Of a stretch of 25,975 nucleotides of DNA, positions 1-8,253 are shown one piece after another (position 1 is the first letter of the stretch; each line of letters starts with the position of its first letter). Position numbers and translations under genes: made by a program. Under the pieces are notes generated by a model that was not told the DNA's origin, searched no databases, and worked only from the letters and a program-made list of their open reading frames with translations. Where the stretch lies: positions 1-25,975 of the forward strand of contig JBKHBH010000026.1 of assembly GCA_046542505.1 (NCBI GenBank). The letters run 5' to 3'. Origin of the DNA: Thermovirgaceae bacterium (GTDB lineage: Bacteria; Synergistota; Synergistia; Synergistales; Thermovirgaceae).

Positions 1-326
1 GTCACTTTCTCGGGGAACACGGTGTGAGGGTTTTCCGCCTCGGGGACGAAATTGTCGATGAGTCCGATCAAAAGCATCCCCCCGAAAAAGGAGGCCGTGT
101 TGATCCAGTGACCCCAGTAGTTTCCGTAGGCGTCGACAAAAGCATCCAGCCCCTTGTAGAAAATCTCCACGAAGGACACGTAAAGCATGACCCCGGCGGA
201 AAACCCCGTCGAGATTGAAAGAAAACGGTAATTCGTTCGTCTTGCAAAGAAGGCGATAGCACTGCCGACGCCTGTGGCCAAACCAGCGAGGGCAGTGAGC
301 CCCAGGGCGAAAAGGACTGGTGACAC
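1..326 (-). CDS. zupT: ZIP-family zinc/divalent metal transporter ZupT, 5' part (runs off the window edge; not in the ORF track)
   Basis: Manual translation from GTG at 326 (AAGGAG SD upstream): [59 protein letters not shown]...[22 protein letters not shown]. AGLATGxG and [15 protein letters not shown] are ZupT hallmarks. Confidence 0.9.
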   Translation of the reverse strand, partial: MSPVLFALGLTALAGLATGVGSAIAFFARRTNYRFLSISTGFSAGVMLYVSFVEIFYKGLDAFVDAYGNYWGHWINTASFFGGMLLIGLIDNFVPEAENPHTVFPEKV

Positions 327-598
327 TTGCGAAGCTCCTTCCTGTACCGGCCCCGGTTCTGTGCATGTAGGGCAGTCAAGGTATGAACTGCATTCCAGCT
401 AATTGTAGCAGCCTGTAGACAAAACGGTGAATAGCTGTCGCCTGCAGGTGATTCGGAAAGGTCAAAACGCCTTCTTGGTCCGTCGCTTGATTGAAGGCAG
501 ATTTATGAAGAAGGATTTGGAATCAGACCAAAACCGGAGCTCTATCCCAAAAATACAGGTTTATTTTCTCCAAGTGTGTTTGAAACCTGTATAGTGAA

Positions 599-627
599 TT
601 GACGAACAAGCCTGTCCGTATTATAGT
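599..627 (+). promoter_or_regulatory. sigma70-type promoter of adh
   Basis: TTGACG (599-604), 17 bp spacer, TATAGT (622-627), about 70 bp upstream of the adh start. Confidence 0.65.
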
Positions 628-641
628 GAACATGTTCGCAA
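624..641. promoter_or_regulatory. Rex-like operator overlapping the adh -10 box
   Basis: TAGTGAA-CATG-TTCGCAA against the Rex consensus TTGTGAA-N4-TTCACAA (2 mismatches). Confidence 0.6.
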
Positions 642-698
642 AATATCTCAGACATAGGATTCAATACCAGTCGCACTATACTGCAGGAGGTGGAAAGC

Positions 699-1757
699 AT
701 GAAGGGTTTTGCAATGCTTGGAATCGGAAAGGTTGGTTGGATAGAAAAAGAAAAACCCCAGGCCGGCCCCTTTGATGCCATTGTCAGGCCACTGGCCGTG
801 GCGCCCTGCACATCCGACATCCACACAGTATTCGAAGGAGCCATCGGTGAACGGAACGACATGATCCTCGGCCACGAGGCCGTGGGCGAAGTTGTTGAAG
901 TCGGGAGCAATGTCAAGGAATTTGCCCCAGGTGACAGGGTCGTAGTCCCGGCCATAACGCCGGACTGGAGGACCCTTGACGCCCAGCGGGGGTATCATCA
1001 GCATTCGGGCGGTCTCCTTGCGGGATGGAAGTTCTCCAACATCAAGGACGGAGTTTTCGCCGAGTTTTTCCATGTCAATGACGCGGATATGAATCTGGCG
1101 AAACTGCCTGAAGAACTTCCGCTGGAGGCCGCGGCCATGATTCCCGACATGGTGACGACGGGCCTGCACGGAGCGGAAATGGCGGAAATCGGGCTCGGCG
1201 ACACCGTCGCCGTACTCGGGATCGGTCCCGTGGGACTCATGGCCGTTGGAGGTGCGAAGCTCCGGGGTGCCTCTCGGTTGATTGTCGTCGGCACCCGCCC
1301 CAACTGCATCGACATCGCAAAGCAGTTCGGCGCAACGGACGTGGTCAATTACAAGGTCGCCCCCGTGGAGGATCAGATCCTTGAACTGACAGGCGGGGCA
1401 GGCGTTGACGCGGCCATCATCGCCGGAGGGAACCCAGACATCCTGGAGTCGGCCGTAAAGATGACAAAACCAGGGGGGAACATTTCGAACATCAACTACT
1501 TCGGTGAGGGCGATGTTCTTCCCGTGCCACGGCTCGAGTGGGGATGCGGCATGTCTCACAAGAACATCAGGGGCGGCCTCTGCCCCGGCGGCAGGCTCAG
1601 GATGGAGAAGCTGGTCCAGCTGGCGGTATATGGCCGCATTGATCCCGGAAAGCTCGTCACCCATGTCTTCAAAGGCTTCGATCACATCGAGGAGGCTCTG
1701 ATGCTGATGAAAGACAAACCCAAAGACCTGATCAAGCCGGTGGTGCTTTTCGAGTAA
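699..1757 (+). CDS. adh: Zn-dependent NADP(H) secondary alcohol (isopropanol) dehydrogenase, TbADH/CbADH type
   Basis: MKGFAMLGIGKVGWIEKEKP start after GGAGG SD; PCTSDIH and GHEAVG Zn ligands; WKFSNIKDGVF; GIGPVG Rossmann motif; VGTRP and VNYK NADP-type residues; MKDKPKDLIKPVV C-terminus. Confidence 0.95.
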   Translation: MKGFAMLGIGKVGWIEKEKPQAGPFDAIVRPLAVAPCTSDIHTVFEGAIGERNDMILGHEAVGEVVEVGSNVKEFAPGDRVVVPAITPDWRTLDAQRGYHQHSGGLLAGWKFSNIKDGVFAEFFHVNDADMNLAKLPEELPLEAAAMIPDMVTTGLHGAEMAEIGLGDTVAVLGIGPVGLMAVGGAKLRGASRLIVVGTRPNCIDIAKQFGATDVVNYKVAPVEDQILELTGGAGVDAAIIAGGNPDILESAVKMTKPGGNISNINYFGEGDVLPVPRLEWGCGMSHKNIRGGLCPGGRLRMEKLVQLAVYGRIDPGKLVTHVFKGFDHIEEALMLMKDKPKDLIKPVVLFE

Positions 1758-1793
1758 CGACTCGTCTCTTTCTCCCTTTTTCGCTCCTCTTGT

Positions 1794-1832
1794 ACAGCGG
1801 GGCGGCATCTTTTCACCGCCCCGCTGTTTTTT
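1794..1832 (+). terminator. Intrinsic terminator between convergent adh and ATC-hydrolase-like genes
   Basis: 12-bp perfect stem ACAGCGGGGCGG (1794-1805) / CCGCCCCGCTGT (1816-1827) followed by a T-run. Confidence 0.85.
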
Positions 1833-1840
1833 CAGCTTTT

Positions 1841-2407
1841 TCAGGGTTTGTCGAGGTTTTCGAAGTCCGTATCGTCCTTGAGAAAGTCGGACTTTTCCTC
1901 CTCGGTGGTCCGGCGGTAGCAAAGGTCGCAATGAGGGTCCCCGTCGGGCATGCAGGTTTTGTGTACCAGCGCCCAGTCAGGGTTGAAGGCCATGGATTTA
2001 GCGGGGTCGATGTAGCAGTAGATGCGGCCCAGTTTTTCTTCTCCCAACTCGCGCCAGAGTTTCCCCATTTCACAACCTTTAAGCCGCCTGATCAGTCCTT
2101 CTTCAGTCTCGAGTTTTTCCAGTTCTTCATAAAGGCCGAACTCGGGCAGGTCTTCCACGTAATTCTCCGGGGTATTCTCCAGACCCTCGGCTTCGGCCCT
2201 TTTACGGGCTGCTTCCCCGACCTGCTTCCCGTATGACTTGATGGCCCGCATGGCGAGGCGTTTGCCCTCTTCGGGGCCAAGTTCTTCCACCAGGGTCCGT
2301 GCGTAGGCGATATGGAGCATGGCAATTCTTCGGCACGCCTTTGCGACCTGTTCCTTTGCCTTTTCCAGGGAAACAGTTTCCTGTTTTTCCGGTTCCAAAG
2401 CGGTCAC
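1841..2407 (-). CDS. L-2-amino-thiazoline-4-carboxylate hydrolase-like family protein (function uncertain)
   Basis: 188 aa, GTG start with AAGGAG SD; helical N-terminus (ELGPEEG..AIKSYG) and the C-x4-W...YCYID...GDPHCD cysteine pattern typical of this family. Confidence 0.7.
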   Translation of the reverse strand: MTALEPEKQETVSLEKAKEQVAKACRRIAMLHIAYARTLVEELGPEEGKRLAMRAIKSYGKQVGEAARKRAEAEGLENTPENYVEDLPEFGLYEELEKLETEEGLIRRLKGCEMGKLWRELGEEKLGRIYCYIDPAKSMAFNPDWALVHKTCMPDGDPHCDLCYRRTTEEEKSDFLKDDTDFENLDKP

Positions 2408-2533
2408 TCTCCTTTGGTTCAGGTGGCTTCCGATAACGGCTGTCCTGCATGAAGGATAACATCAAAACCACCTCGTGTTTGCGTGTACCGGCGTGTCCTT
2501 GAAGGTGTTTTCGGCGTGCCCGGCCTCTTCACT

Positions 2534-3310
2534 TCAGGGGGCGGGGTCTGGCTCTTCGGGGTGATGTGACTGGCGGGCTATCTGGCCGGCGCAGAAACCG
2601 GCGCCGGTTCCGTTGTCGATGTTGACCACCGAGACGCCAAGGGCGCAGGAATTCAACATGGTCAACAGAGGGGCAAGGCCCTGCAGGTTTGCTCCATAGC
2701 CGACACTGGTCGGCACGGCGATTACCGGGCAGGAAACAAGGCCCCCGACGACGGTGGGAAGAGCCCCTTCCATCCCGGCCACGACGACAATGACTTTCGA
2801 ATCCTGAAGCATGGGCAGGTGTTCGAAAAGGCGATGGATCCCGGCGACTCCAACATCGAAAAGCCTGTTGACGGAGCAGCCCAGGTATTCAGCTGTAACG
2901 GCGGCTTCTTCCGCTACTGGGATGTCTGAAGTCCCCGCCGAAACAACGGTCACTCCCGGTATCGTTCCTTCAGGCGGGGGGATGGAGCCCAAAAGACGGG
3001 CCTTGGGGAAATGCACGTGACCCTGCAGGATTTCGCCGACGGTCACCGCCTGCTCCGGTGTAATCCGGGAAAAAAGAACTCTCTCTTCAGGACTGTCGAC
3101 AGAGGAGGCGATGGATTTGAGGTGGTCCAGACTTTTGCCGGGACAAAACACGACTTCGGCGAAGTTCGTCCGTATCGCCCTGTGTGTGTCGATCTTGACA
3201 TCGCCCAGGTCCATGAAGGGAAGCAGCTTTACCCTGCGGACAAACTCCCTTTCGTCCATGGCTCCGGATTTGAGCTGTTTTGCAAGGTCCAGATATGTGT
3301 CGGCGGACAT
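2534..3310 (-). CDS. larB: Nickel-pincer nucleotide cofactor biosynthesis protein LarB (PurE-like carboxylase/hydrolase)
   Basis: DTHRAIR..EVVFCPGK, AGTSDIPVAEEA, DVGVAGIHRL, VAGMEGALP, PTSVGYG, MLNSC..GVSVVNIDNG motifs; start moved to ATG 3310 (GAGGTGA SD). Confidence 0.92.
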   Translation of the reverse strand: MSADTYLDLAKQLKSGAMDEREFVRRVKLLPFMDLGDVKIDTHRAIRTNFAEVVFCPGKSLDHLKSIASSVDSPEERVLFSRITPEQAVTVGEILQGHVHFPKARLLGSIPPPEGTIPGVTVVSAGTSDIPVAEEAAVTAEYLGCSVNRLFDVGVAGIHRLFEHLPMLQDSKVIVVVAGMEGALPTVVGGLVSCPVIAVPTSVGYGANLQGLAPLLTMLNSCALGVSVVNIDNGTGAGFCAGQIARQSHHPEEPDPAP

Positions 3311-3383
3311 GTGGATCACCTCGTTTTTGTATTCCGGAGCCCCCAGGACTGCTGATTCTCCGCCCAAAGGCTCCGGAATCATC

Positions 3384-4583
3384 TCAGTCGGACTTTCGGC
3401 CCGGGTAGGCGGAAAGCCCTTCTGCCAAAATTCGGACGGCTTTTTTCAGGTCGTCCTGCTGCAGGACATATGTCATTCGTACTTCCGTCTTGCCGAGTCC
3501 CGGTGTGGCGTAGAAGCCTTCCGCCGGAGCGGCCATGACGGTTTCCCCATCCAGGGAAAACTCTGTCAGCATCCAGATCACGAATTTTTCCGCGTCGTCC
3601 ACAGGGAGTCGGGCCATGATGTAGAAGGCGCCTTCAGGTTTCTCGCAAACGACGCCAGGTATGGATCTGAGTCCTTCATGGAAGATGTCGCGCCGTGTCC
3701 TGTATTCCCTGTTGACTTCCATGACGTAGGATGCAGGGGTTTCATAGAGTGCGGCGGCGCCTATCTGTTCAAGCGTCGGGGGGCACCCCCGGGACTGGCA
3801 GTATTTCAGGCCGAGAGAGATGAAGTCCTTGTTCTTGCTGACAAGGCAGCCCATACGTGCTCCGCAGGCGCTGTAGCGCTTTGAAACGGAATCGACGATT
3901 ACGAGACGGTCCCGCACCCTCTTGATGTGGCCGAAACTGCAATAGGGCTCGTCCATGTAGACGAACTCCCTGTAAACCTCGTCGGCAATCAGGAGAAGAT
4001 CGTGCCTTTCTGCGATGCCCGCGAGCATTTCCACCTCGTCACGGGAATACACCGTTCCTGTGGGGTTGCCGGGGTGGCTGACGAGAATGGCTTTGGTCGA
4101 GGGCGTGACGAGTTTTTCGATCTCATCCGCCTGGGGAAGGTGGAACCCCGTTTCGGCTTTCGTGGTTACGGGTACTAGTTTTGCCGTGGCCGAGGCCGCG
4201 AAGGCCGCGTAGGCAGGATAGAACGGCTCGGGCACGATGACCTCGTCACCGGGGTCGCAGGCAATCAGCAGGGCGAAATGAAGAGCTTCGCTTCCCCCGT
4301 TGGTGACGAGAACATCGCCTTCGTCCACGGGGATGTCGATATTCCTGTAGTATTCAGCGATCTTGCCGATGAGTTTTTGGTCTCCCTGGGACAATCCGTA
4401 CGAAAGGGTCTTCTGGTCGAAGGACCTCAGTTTTTCGAAAAACAGTTCAGGGGTTTCCACGTCGGGTTGCCCGATGTGCAGACGATGAATCCTGACACCC
4501 CTCTTGGCGGCTTCCTGCAGATAGGGCTCAAGTCTGCGGATAGGCGAAGCCGGGAGTGTCCGGCTCCTTTCAGAAAAGCGCAT
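3384..4583 (-). CDS. Class I/II PLP-dependent aminotransferase (aspartate aminotransferase-like)
   Basis: IGQPD, TNGGSEA, HPGNPTG, DEVY, SVSKRYSACGARMG (PLP lysine), PEGAFY; ATG 4583 preceded by GAGGAGGG. Confidence 0.92.
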   Translation of the reverse strand: MRFSERSRTLPASPIRRLEPYLQEAAKRGVRIHRLHIGQPDVETPELFFEKLRSFDQKTLSYGLSQGDQKLIGKIAEYYRNIDIPVDEGDVLVTNGGSEALHFALLIACDPGDEVIVPEPFYPAYAAFAASATAKLVPVTTKAETGFHLPQADEIEKLVTPSTKAILVSHPGNPTGTVYSRDEVEMLAGIAERHDLLLIADEVYREFVYMDEPYCSFGHIKRVRDRLVIVDSVSKRYSACGARMGCLVSKNKDFISLGLKYCQSRGCPPTLEQIGAAALYETPASYVMEVNREYRTRRDIFHEGLRSIPGVVCEKPEGAFYIMARLPVDDAEKFVIWMLTEFSLDGETVMAAPAEGFYATPGLGKTEVRMTYVLQQDDLKKAVRILAEGLSAYPGRKSD

Positions 4584-4600
4584 GTCTTTCCCTCCTCGAA

Positions 4601-4630
4601 AGGCGGGAACCCGGGGAGGATGTTCCCGCC
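4601..4630. other. Intergenic stem-loop between ppnP and the aminotransferase gene
   Basis: GGCGGGAAC (4601-4609) / GTTCCCGCC (4622-4630) inverted repeat; no clear U-tract. Confidence 0.45.
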
Positions 4631-4653
4631 GCATTTCATGTCAGCCGGGAACG

Positions 4654-4980
4654 TCAATTCCCGGAAATGTAATCACATGCGTATTCGACGACCTCACAAC
4701 ACCGTATAAGGTAAGAGCTGTCGGCTATGACTGTGAAACTCTCCCCTTCCTTTACCTTGACCCATTCTTTCTTTTCCGGAGGGAGCAGGACTTCTGCATT
4801 TCCCCTGAGGAGCGTGACGATCTCCTTGTCTGCAACGTCGAATTCATAGGTCCCGGGGAGGATCACGCCCAGGGTCTTGCGTGTTCCGTCAGGAAAAAAG
4901 ACACTGCGGCTGCTGACTCTTCCGTCGAAATAGACATTTGCTCTCAGTGAAACGCTTACGTTGTCAAACCGTTCAGTCAT
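4654..4980 (-). CDS. ppnP: Pyrimidine/purine nucleoside phosphorylase family cupin (DUF1255/YaiE)
   Basis: ANVYFDGRVSSR..FPDGTRKTLGVILPGTYEF...GESF...EYACDY; 108 aa; AAGGAGG SD. Confidence 0.88.
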   Translation of the reverse strand: MTERFDNVSVSLRANVYFDGRVSSRSVFFPDGTRKTLGVILPGTYEFDVADKEIVTLLRGNAEVLLPPEKKEWVKVKEGESFTVIADSSYLIRCCEVVEYACDYISGN

Positions 4981-5028
4981 GTACAAAGACCTCCTTATTG
5001 CTTTTCCAGCCTGCAGGGCCGGTCCTCG

Positions 5029-6336
5029 TTACCCCATAAGGAAGCGGGGAAGCCACAGGGCGATGCCAGGGAAAATGACCAGAAGAATCAGGGAAACGAA
5101 CTGGATCCCTATGAAAGGCAGGCTCGACAGGTAGATCTCTTCGATTCCGACGTCATCCGGTGAGGCCCCGCGCATATAGAAAAGGGTGAACCCGAAGGGC
5201 GGCGAGAGGTAGGCGATTTGCAGCAGCACCATGAAAACCAGTCCCCACCACAGAGGGTCGAACCCGAGCTTCGTCAGGATCGGTGAAACGATAGGAGCTG
5301 CGAGCATGATCATGGCCGTCGGCTCGAGGAACATGCCGAGGAAGAAAACAAATCCGACTGACATGGCGAAAACCATCCAGGGTCCGCCGGGAAGGGACAA
5401 GGCAAGTTGCGTGATCATCTGGTTGCCTCCCGTTCCGGAAAAAACAGCTCCGAACGCAGAGGCCCCGATGACGATCCAGCCCACCATGCTGGTAATCTCG
5501 AGTGTTTCGATTGATGCTTCCTTGACGATCTGCAGGCTGAGCCTCCTGGTGAAGGCGCTGAAAAACAGTGCGCCCACGGCGCCTACGGCTGCAGCTTCCG
5601 TAGGTGTTGCAGCCCCTGACAGGACCGATCCGAGGACCAGAAGTATCAGAAGTGACGGCAGGCTGATCTTGCGCAGGGATTTCAGCTTGCCTTTCCATCC
5701 TACGCGCTCTTGTGGGGGAAGAGCCGGACAGCATCTGGGGTTTATGAGATTTCTGATCAGGATGTAGGCGCAGTAGAGAAAGGCCAGGAAGGTTCCGACA
5801 GTGAGGCCGCCGGCAAAGAGGCTTCCCACGGAGACCCCCGTGACGGCGCCGTAGATGACCATGTTGGTACTCGGTGGTATGAGCTGTCCCAGGGTGCCGC
5901 CGGCCATGACCGAACCAAGGCTGAGCTTCCTGTTGTAGCCATACTTGAACATCTGTGGAAGCCCGATAAGACCGAGTCCTATGACGCCTGCCGCTACGAC
6001 TCCTGACACGGCGCCGAGGATGGCTCCCACCAGGACGGTCGCAACTGCGAGGCCACCCCTCAGTGGACCGGACCACTTGTAAAAGGTGTCGTAAATATCT
6101 TCCACAACTCTGGATTTCTGAAGGACCAGGGCCATGAAAATAAAAAGCGGAACAGCGAGCAGCGCGAAATTGTTCATTGTTCCCCAGGCCGCGGTGATTA
6201 GCAGCTTGACACCACCGATTCCCCAGAGGGCCGATCCAAAAAGGACAGCGACAAGCGAAAGGGCGAAGGCGATGGGGATGCCAAGGGCGAGAGCGACGAA
6301 AAGAACGGCAAACATAAGAAGGGGGACATTTCCCAT
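5029..6336 (-). CDS. dctM: TRAP transporter large permease (DctM family)
   Basis: Very hydrophobic, about 435 aa from MGNVPLL; LLAVPLFIFM, GGTLGQLIPPS, ATPTEAAAVGA, YLSPPFGFTLFY motifs. Confidence 0.93.
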   Translation of the reverse strand: MGNVPLLMFAVLFVALALGIPIAFALSLVAVLFGSALWGIGGVKLLITAAWGTMNNFALLAVPLFIFMALVLQKSRVVEDIYDTFYKWSGPLRGGLAVATVLVGAILGAVSGVVAAGVIGLGLIGLPQMFKYGYNRKLSLGSVMAGGTLGQLIPPSTNMVIYGAVTGVSVGSLFAGGLTVGTFLAFLYCAYILIRNLINPRCCPALPPQERVGWKGKLKSLRKISLPSLLILLVLGSVLSGAATPTEAAAVGAVGALFFSAFTRRLSLQIVKEASIETLEITSMVGWIVIGASAFGAVFSGTGGNQMITQLALSLPGGPWMVFAMSVGFVFFLGMFLEPTAMIMLAAPIVSPILTKLGFDPLWWGLVFMVLLQIAYLSPPFGFTLFYMRGASPDDVGIEEIYLSSLPFIGIQFVSLILLVIFPGIALWLPRFLMG

Positions 6337-6344
6337 TTTGTCAC

Positions 6345-6811
6345 CTACTCTCCGGTTTCGGCGGATTTGTGCAGTTTCCACATGTTTTTTACTGCGGCCA
6401 AAAAAGCAGGGCCGCGGCGACGGGGACGACGGACTTGAACCACCAGATGGGCGGGTTGAAGGTGGTTTGGTGCATGGAATGCTCGTTGATACGTATCGAT
6501 TCCAATGCCCAGCTGGTACTGACATAAAGAAGAACGAGCGAGGTGCCCGCGACCGTCAGTTCGGTAATATAATCCAGCATGCGCCTTTTCGCCGGTGAAA
6601 CATATTTCTGGATGATGTCCACCGAGACGTGTTTTTTCTTTAAATGGGTGTACCCTCCGCCCAGCATGAAATGGGTTCCGTAGATGAAAAGTGATATTTC
6701 AAATGCCCATTGAGGCATGGCATTAAAGACGTAACGCATGATAACGGCTATGACGATGATGAACGAGAGCGGTACGATGAGATAGGAAACGAATCTCCCG
6801 AGTTTGAGCAT
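6345..6811 (-). pseudogene. dctQ: TRAP transporter small permease (DctQ), probably frameshifted in the last TM helix (open as read 6389-6811)
   Basis: MRYVFNA.PQWAFE, GGGYT...HVSVD and PPIWWFK DctQ motifs. The frame stops at LLFWPQ*; one extra base in the run at 6400-6405 gives LLFLAAVKNMWKLHKSAETGE* ending at 6345, adjacent to the dctM RBS. Confidence 0.7.
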
Positions 6812-6847
6812 TTTGATCTGCCTCCAGGTAATGACATGAAATGTTAA

Positions 6848-6882
6848 GCGGGCGGAAAGAGCTTCAAACTCATTCCGCCCGC
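6848..6882. other. Stem-loop after dctP (mRNA stabiliser or partial terminator)
   Basis: GCGGGCGGAA (6848-6857) / TTCCGCCCGC (6873-6882) perfect 10-bp stem between the binding-protein and permease genes. Confidence 0.65.
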
Positions 6883-6901
6883 CTTACGCGTTTTCGTGTT
6901 G

Positions 6902-7966
6902 CTATTTCAGCATTTCCGCTTCCTTTTTGTATCCCAGTTCCTCGAGAACTTCTATGTAGAGATCGAGGTATTCCTGGCATTCGGGGGACTTCGTCGCGTA
7001 CTCCTTGAGAACGCCGGCTGCAACCCGGCGCATTTCCATGACGTCCTCTTCGGGAAGCTCGATGATCTCGACACCCTCATCGATCCATTTCTGTTTCGTC
7101 TTGGCGGCTTCACTGTAGTTCGTGATGGCCGAGAGGTAGCGCATGTGGTCTCTTGCGGAGAGGACGATGGCCTTCAGGTCGTCAGGAAGCTCGTTCCACT
7201 TCTTCTCATTGACGATAAGCGCCTTGTCCTCGTTGGTGCCGCCGTGGTGGGCGGGGTCCATGACGTATTTCGTCACTTCCAGCAGTCCCATTTCCTCGTT
7301 TTCCTTCCATTCCGTCTATTCGGCGGCGTCGATGGTCTTGGTCTGGAGGGCGGTGTAGATCTCAGGAGCGGAAAGGGAGACGGCCGAGGCGCCGAGGGCA
7401 TTGTAGAACTGGGCTCCCATGCCGCTCGAGCGGATCTGTTTCCCCTTGAAGTCCTCTATGCTCCTGATGGGCGTGCTCATCATGAGGATTTCGGGAACGG
7501 AGCAGTCGGTGGTTCCGAGGTACTTGATACCGTGCTTGCCGTAGGCTTTCTCGGCGAGCGGGAAGGCACGCTGGTCAAGGTACATGCCTTCGTGATACGT
7601 GAGAAGGGGCGAACCCGGCCGCGTTGCGAAGATTCCGAAGAAGGGGTCCTTTCCGGGCCAGTAGGCGGAGAAGCACAAGGCCGCTTCCACGATTCCGTCC
7701 TTGACGGCGTCAAAGGTGTCGAAAACGGGGAAAAGCACGCCTGCGCCGTAGGGTTCGATGACGAGGCGTCCGTCCGATGCCTTGTTGACCATGTCACAGA
7801 ATGCCTCGATGTGCTTGAAACGGTATGTTCCGACCATGGAGTGGGTGACCAGGCGCCATTTGAAGGTCTTTTCCGCCGCCTGCGCCGATTCCACGGCGAT
7901 TCCGACAGTTGCAAAGGATACGGCAATAACGAGTACAAGGGCGATCAACCAGTTCTTTCCTTTCAT
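6902..7966 (-). pseudogene. dctP: TRAP substrate-binding protein (DctP, TakP-like) interrupted by a single in-frame TAG at 7316-7318
   Basis: Signal peptide MKGKNWLIALVLVIAV...AQA; SDGRLVIEPYGAG, FDAVKDG, AYWPGKDP, KQIRSSG, EIYTALQTKTIDAAE*TEWKENEEMGLLEVTKY. ORFs 7316..7972 and 6902..7291 are in the same frame. Confidence 0.88.
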
Positions 7967-8126
7967 TTCCACAACACCTTCCTTGGATGAGGGTTTTTTT
8001 CCTGGTGCAAAAGCTCTCCTGTACCTTTCCCAGCCGCTGCATGAACCCCTCCTTTTCGTATCGCTATTATGGCAAGCCTTATCGCACCGGTGCTTCGGTG
8101 ACGCGGAAGCCGTAAGGAAGGCCGGA

Positions 8127-8178
8127 TTGACATGCGAAAATTATAATCTTATATTATTATACGATTGTACAATGTCAA
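8127..8178. promoter_or_regulatory. Overlapping divergent sigma70 promoters with a central imperfect palindrome (putative GntR operator)
   Basis: Plus strand: TTGACA 8127-8132, 17 bp, TATATT 8150-8155. Minus strand: TTGACA 8178-8173, 16 bp, TAATAT. Palindrome TATAATCTTATA-TTAT-TATACGATTGTA at 8142-8169 (10/12 paired). Confidence 0.75.
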
Positions 8179-8253
8179 GAGTCTGCGGAAGTTTGCCGCA
8201 ATAAGATTTTCCGGGTACCGAGGGCCCCGGGGACATTGGGGAGGGGATTTGAA

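Noticed and set aside
24..379. Track ORFs 24..218 (+) and 68..379 (-)
   Set aside because: The real gene is zupT in another minus-strand frame that runs off the window edge.
648..1931. 427-aa minus-strand ORF over adh
   Set aside because: Antisense shadow of a clearly recognisable gene; no motifs of its own.
7316..7318. Genome-wide TAG recoding (pyrrolysine or alternative code)
   Set aside because: TAG terminates hbd, crt, thiolase, gntR, the M20 and HD-GYP genes at expected lengths, and no pyl genes are in the window.
6896..7990. 364-aa plus-strand ORF over dctP
   Set aside because: Antisense shadow produced by GC-rich codon bias; no recognisable protein features.
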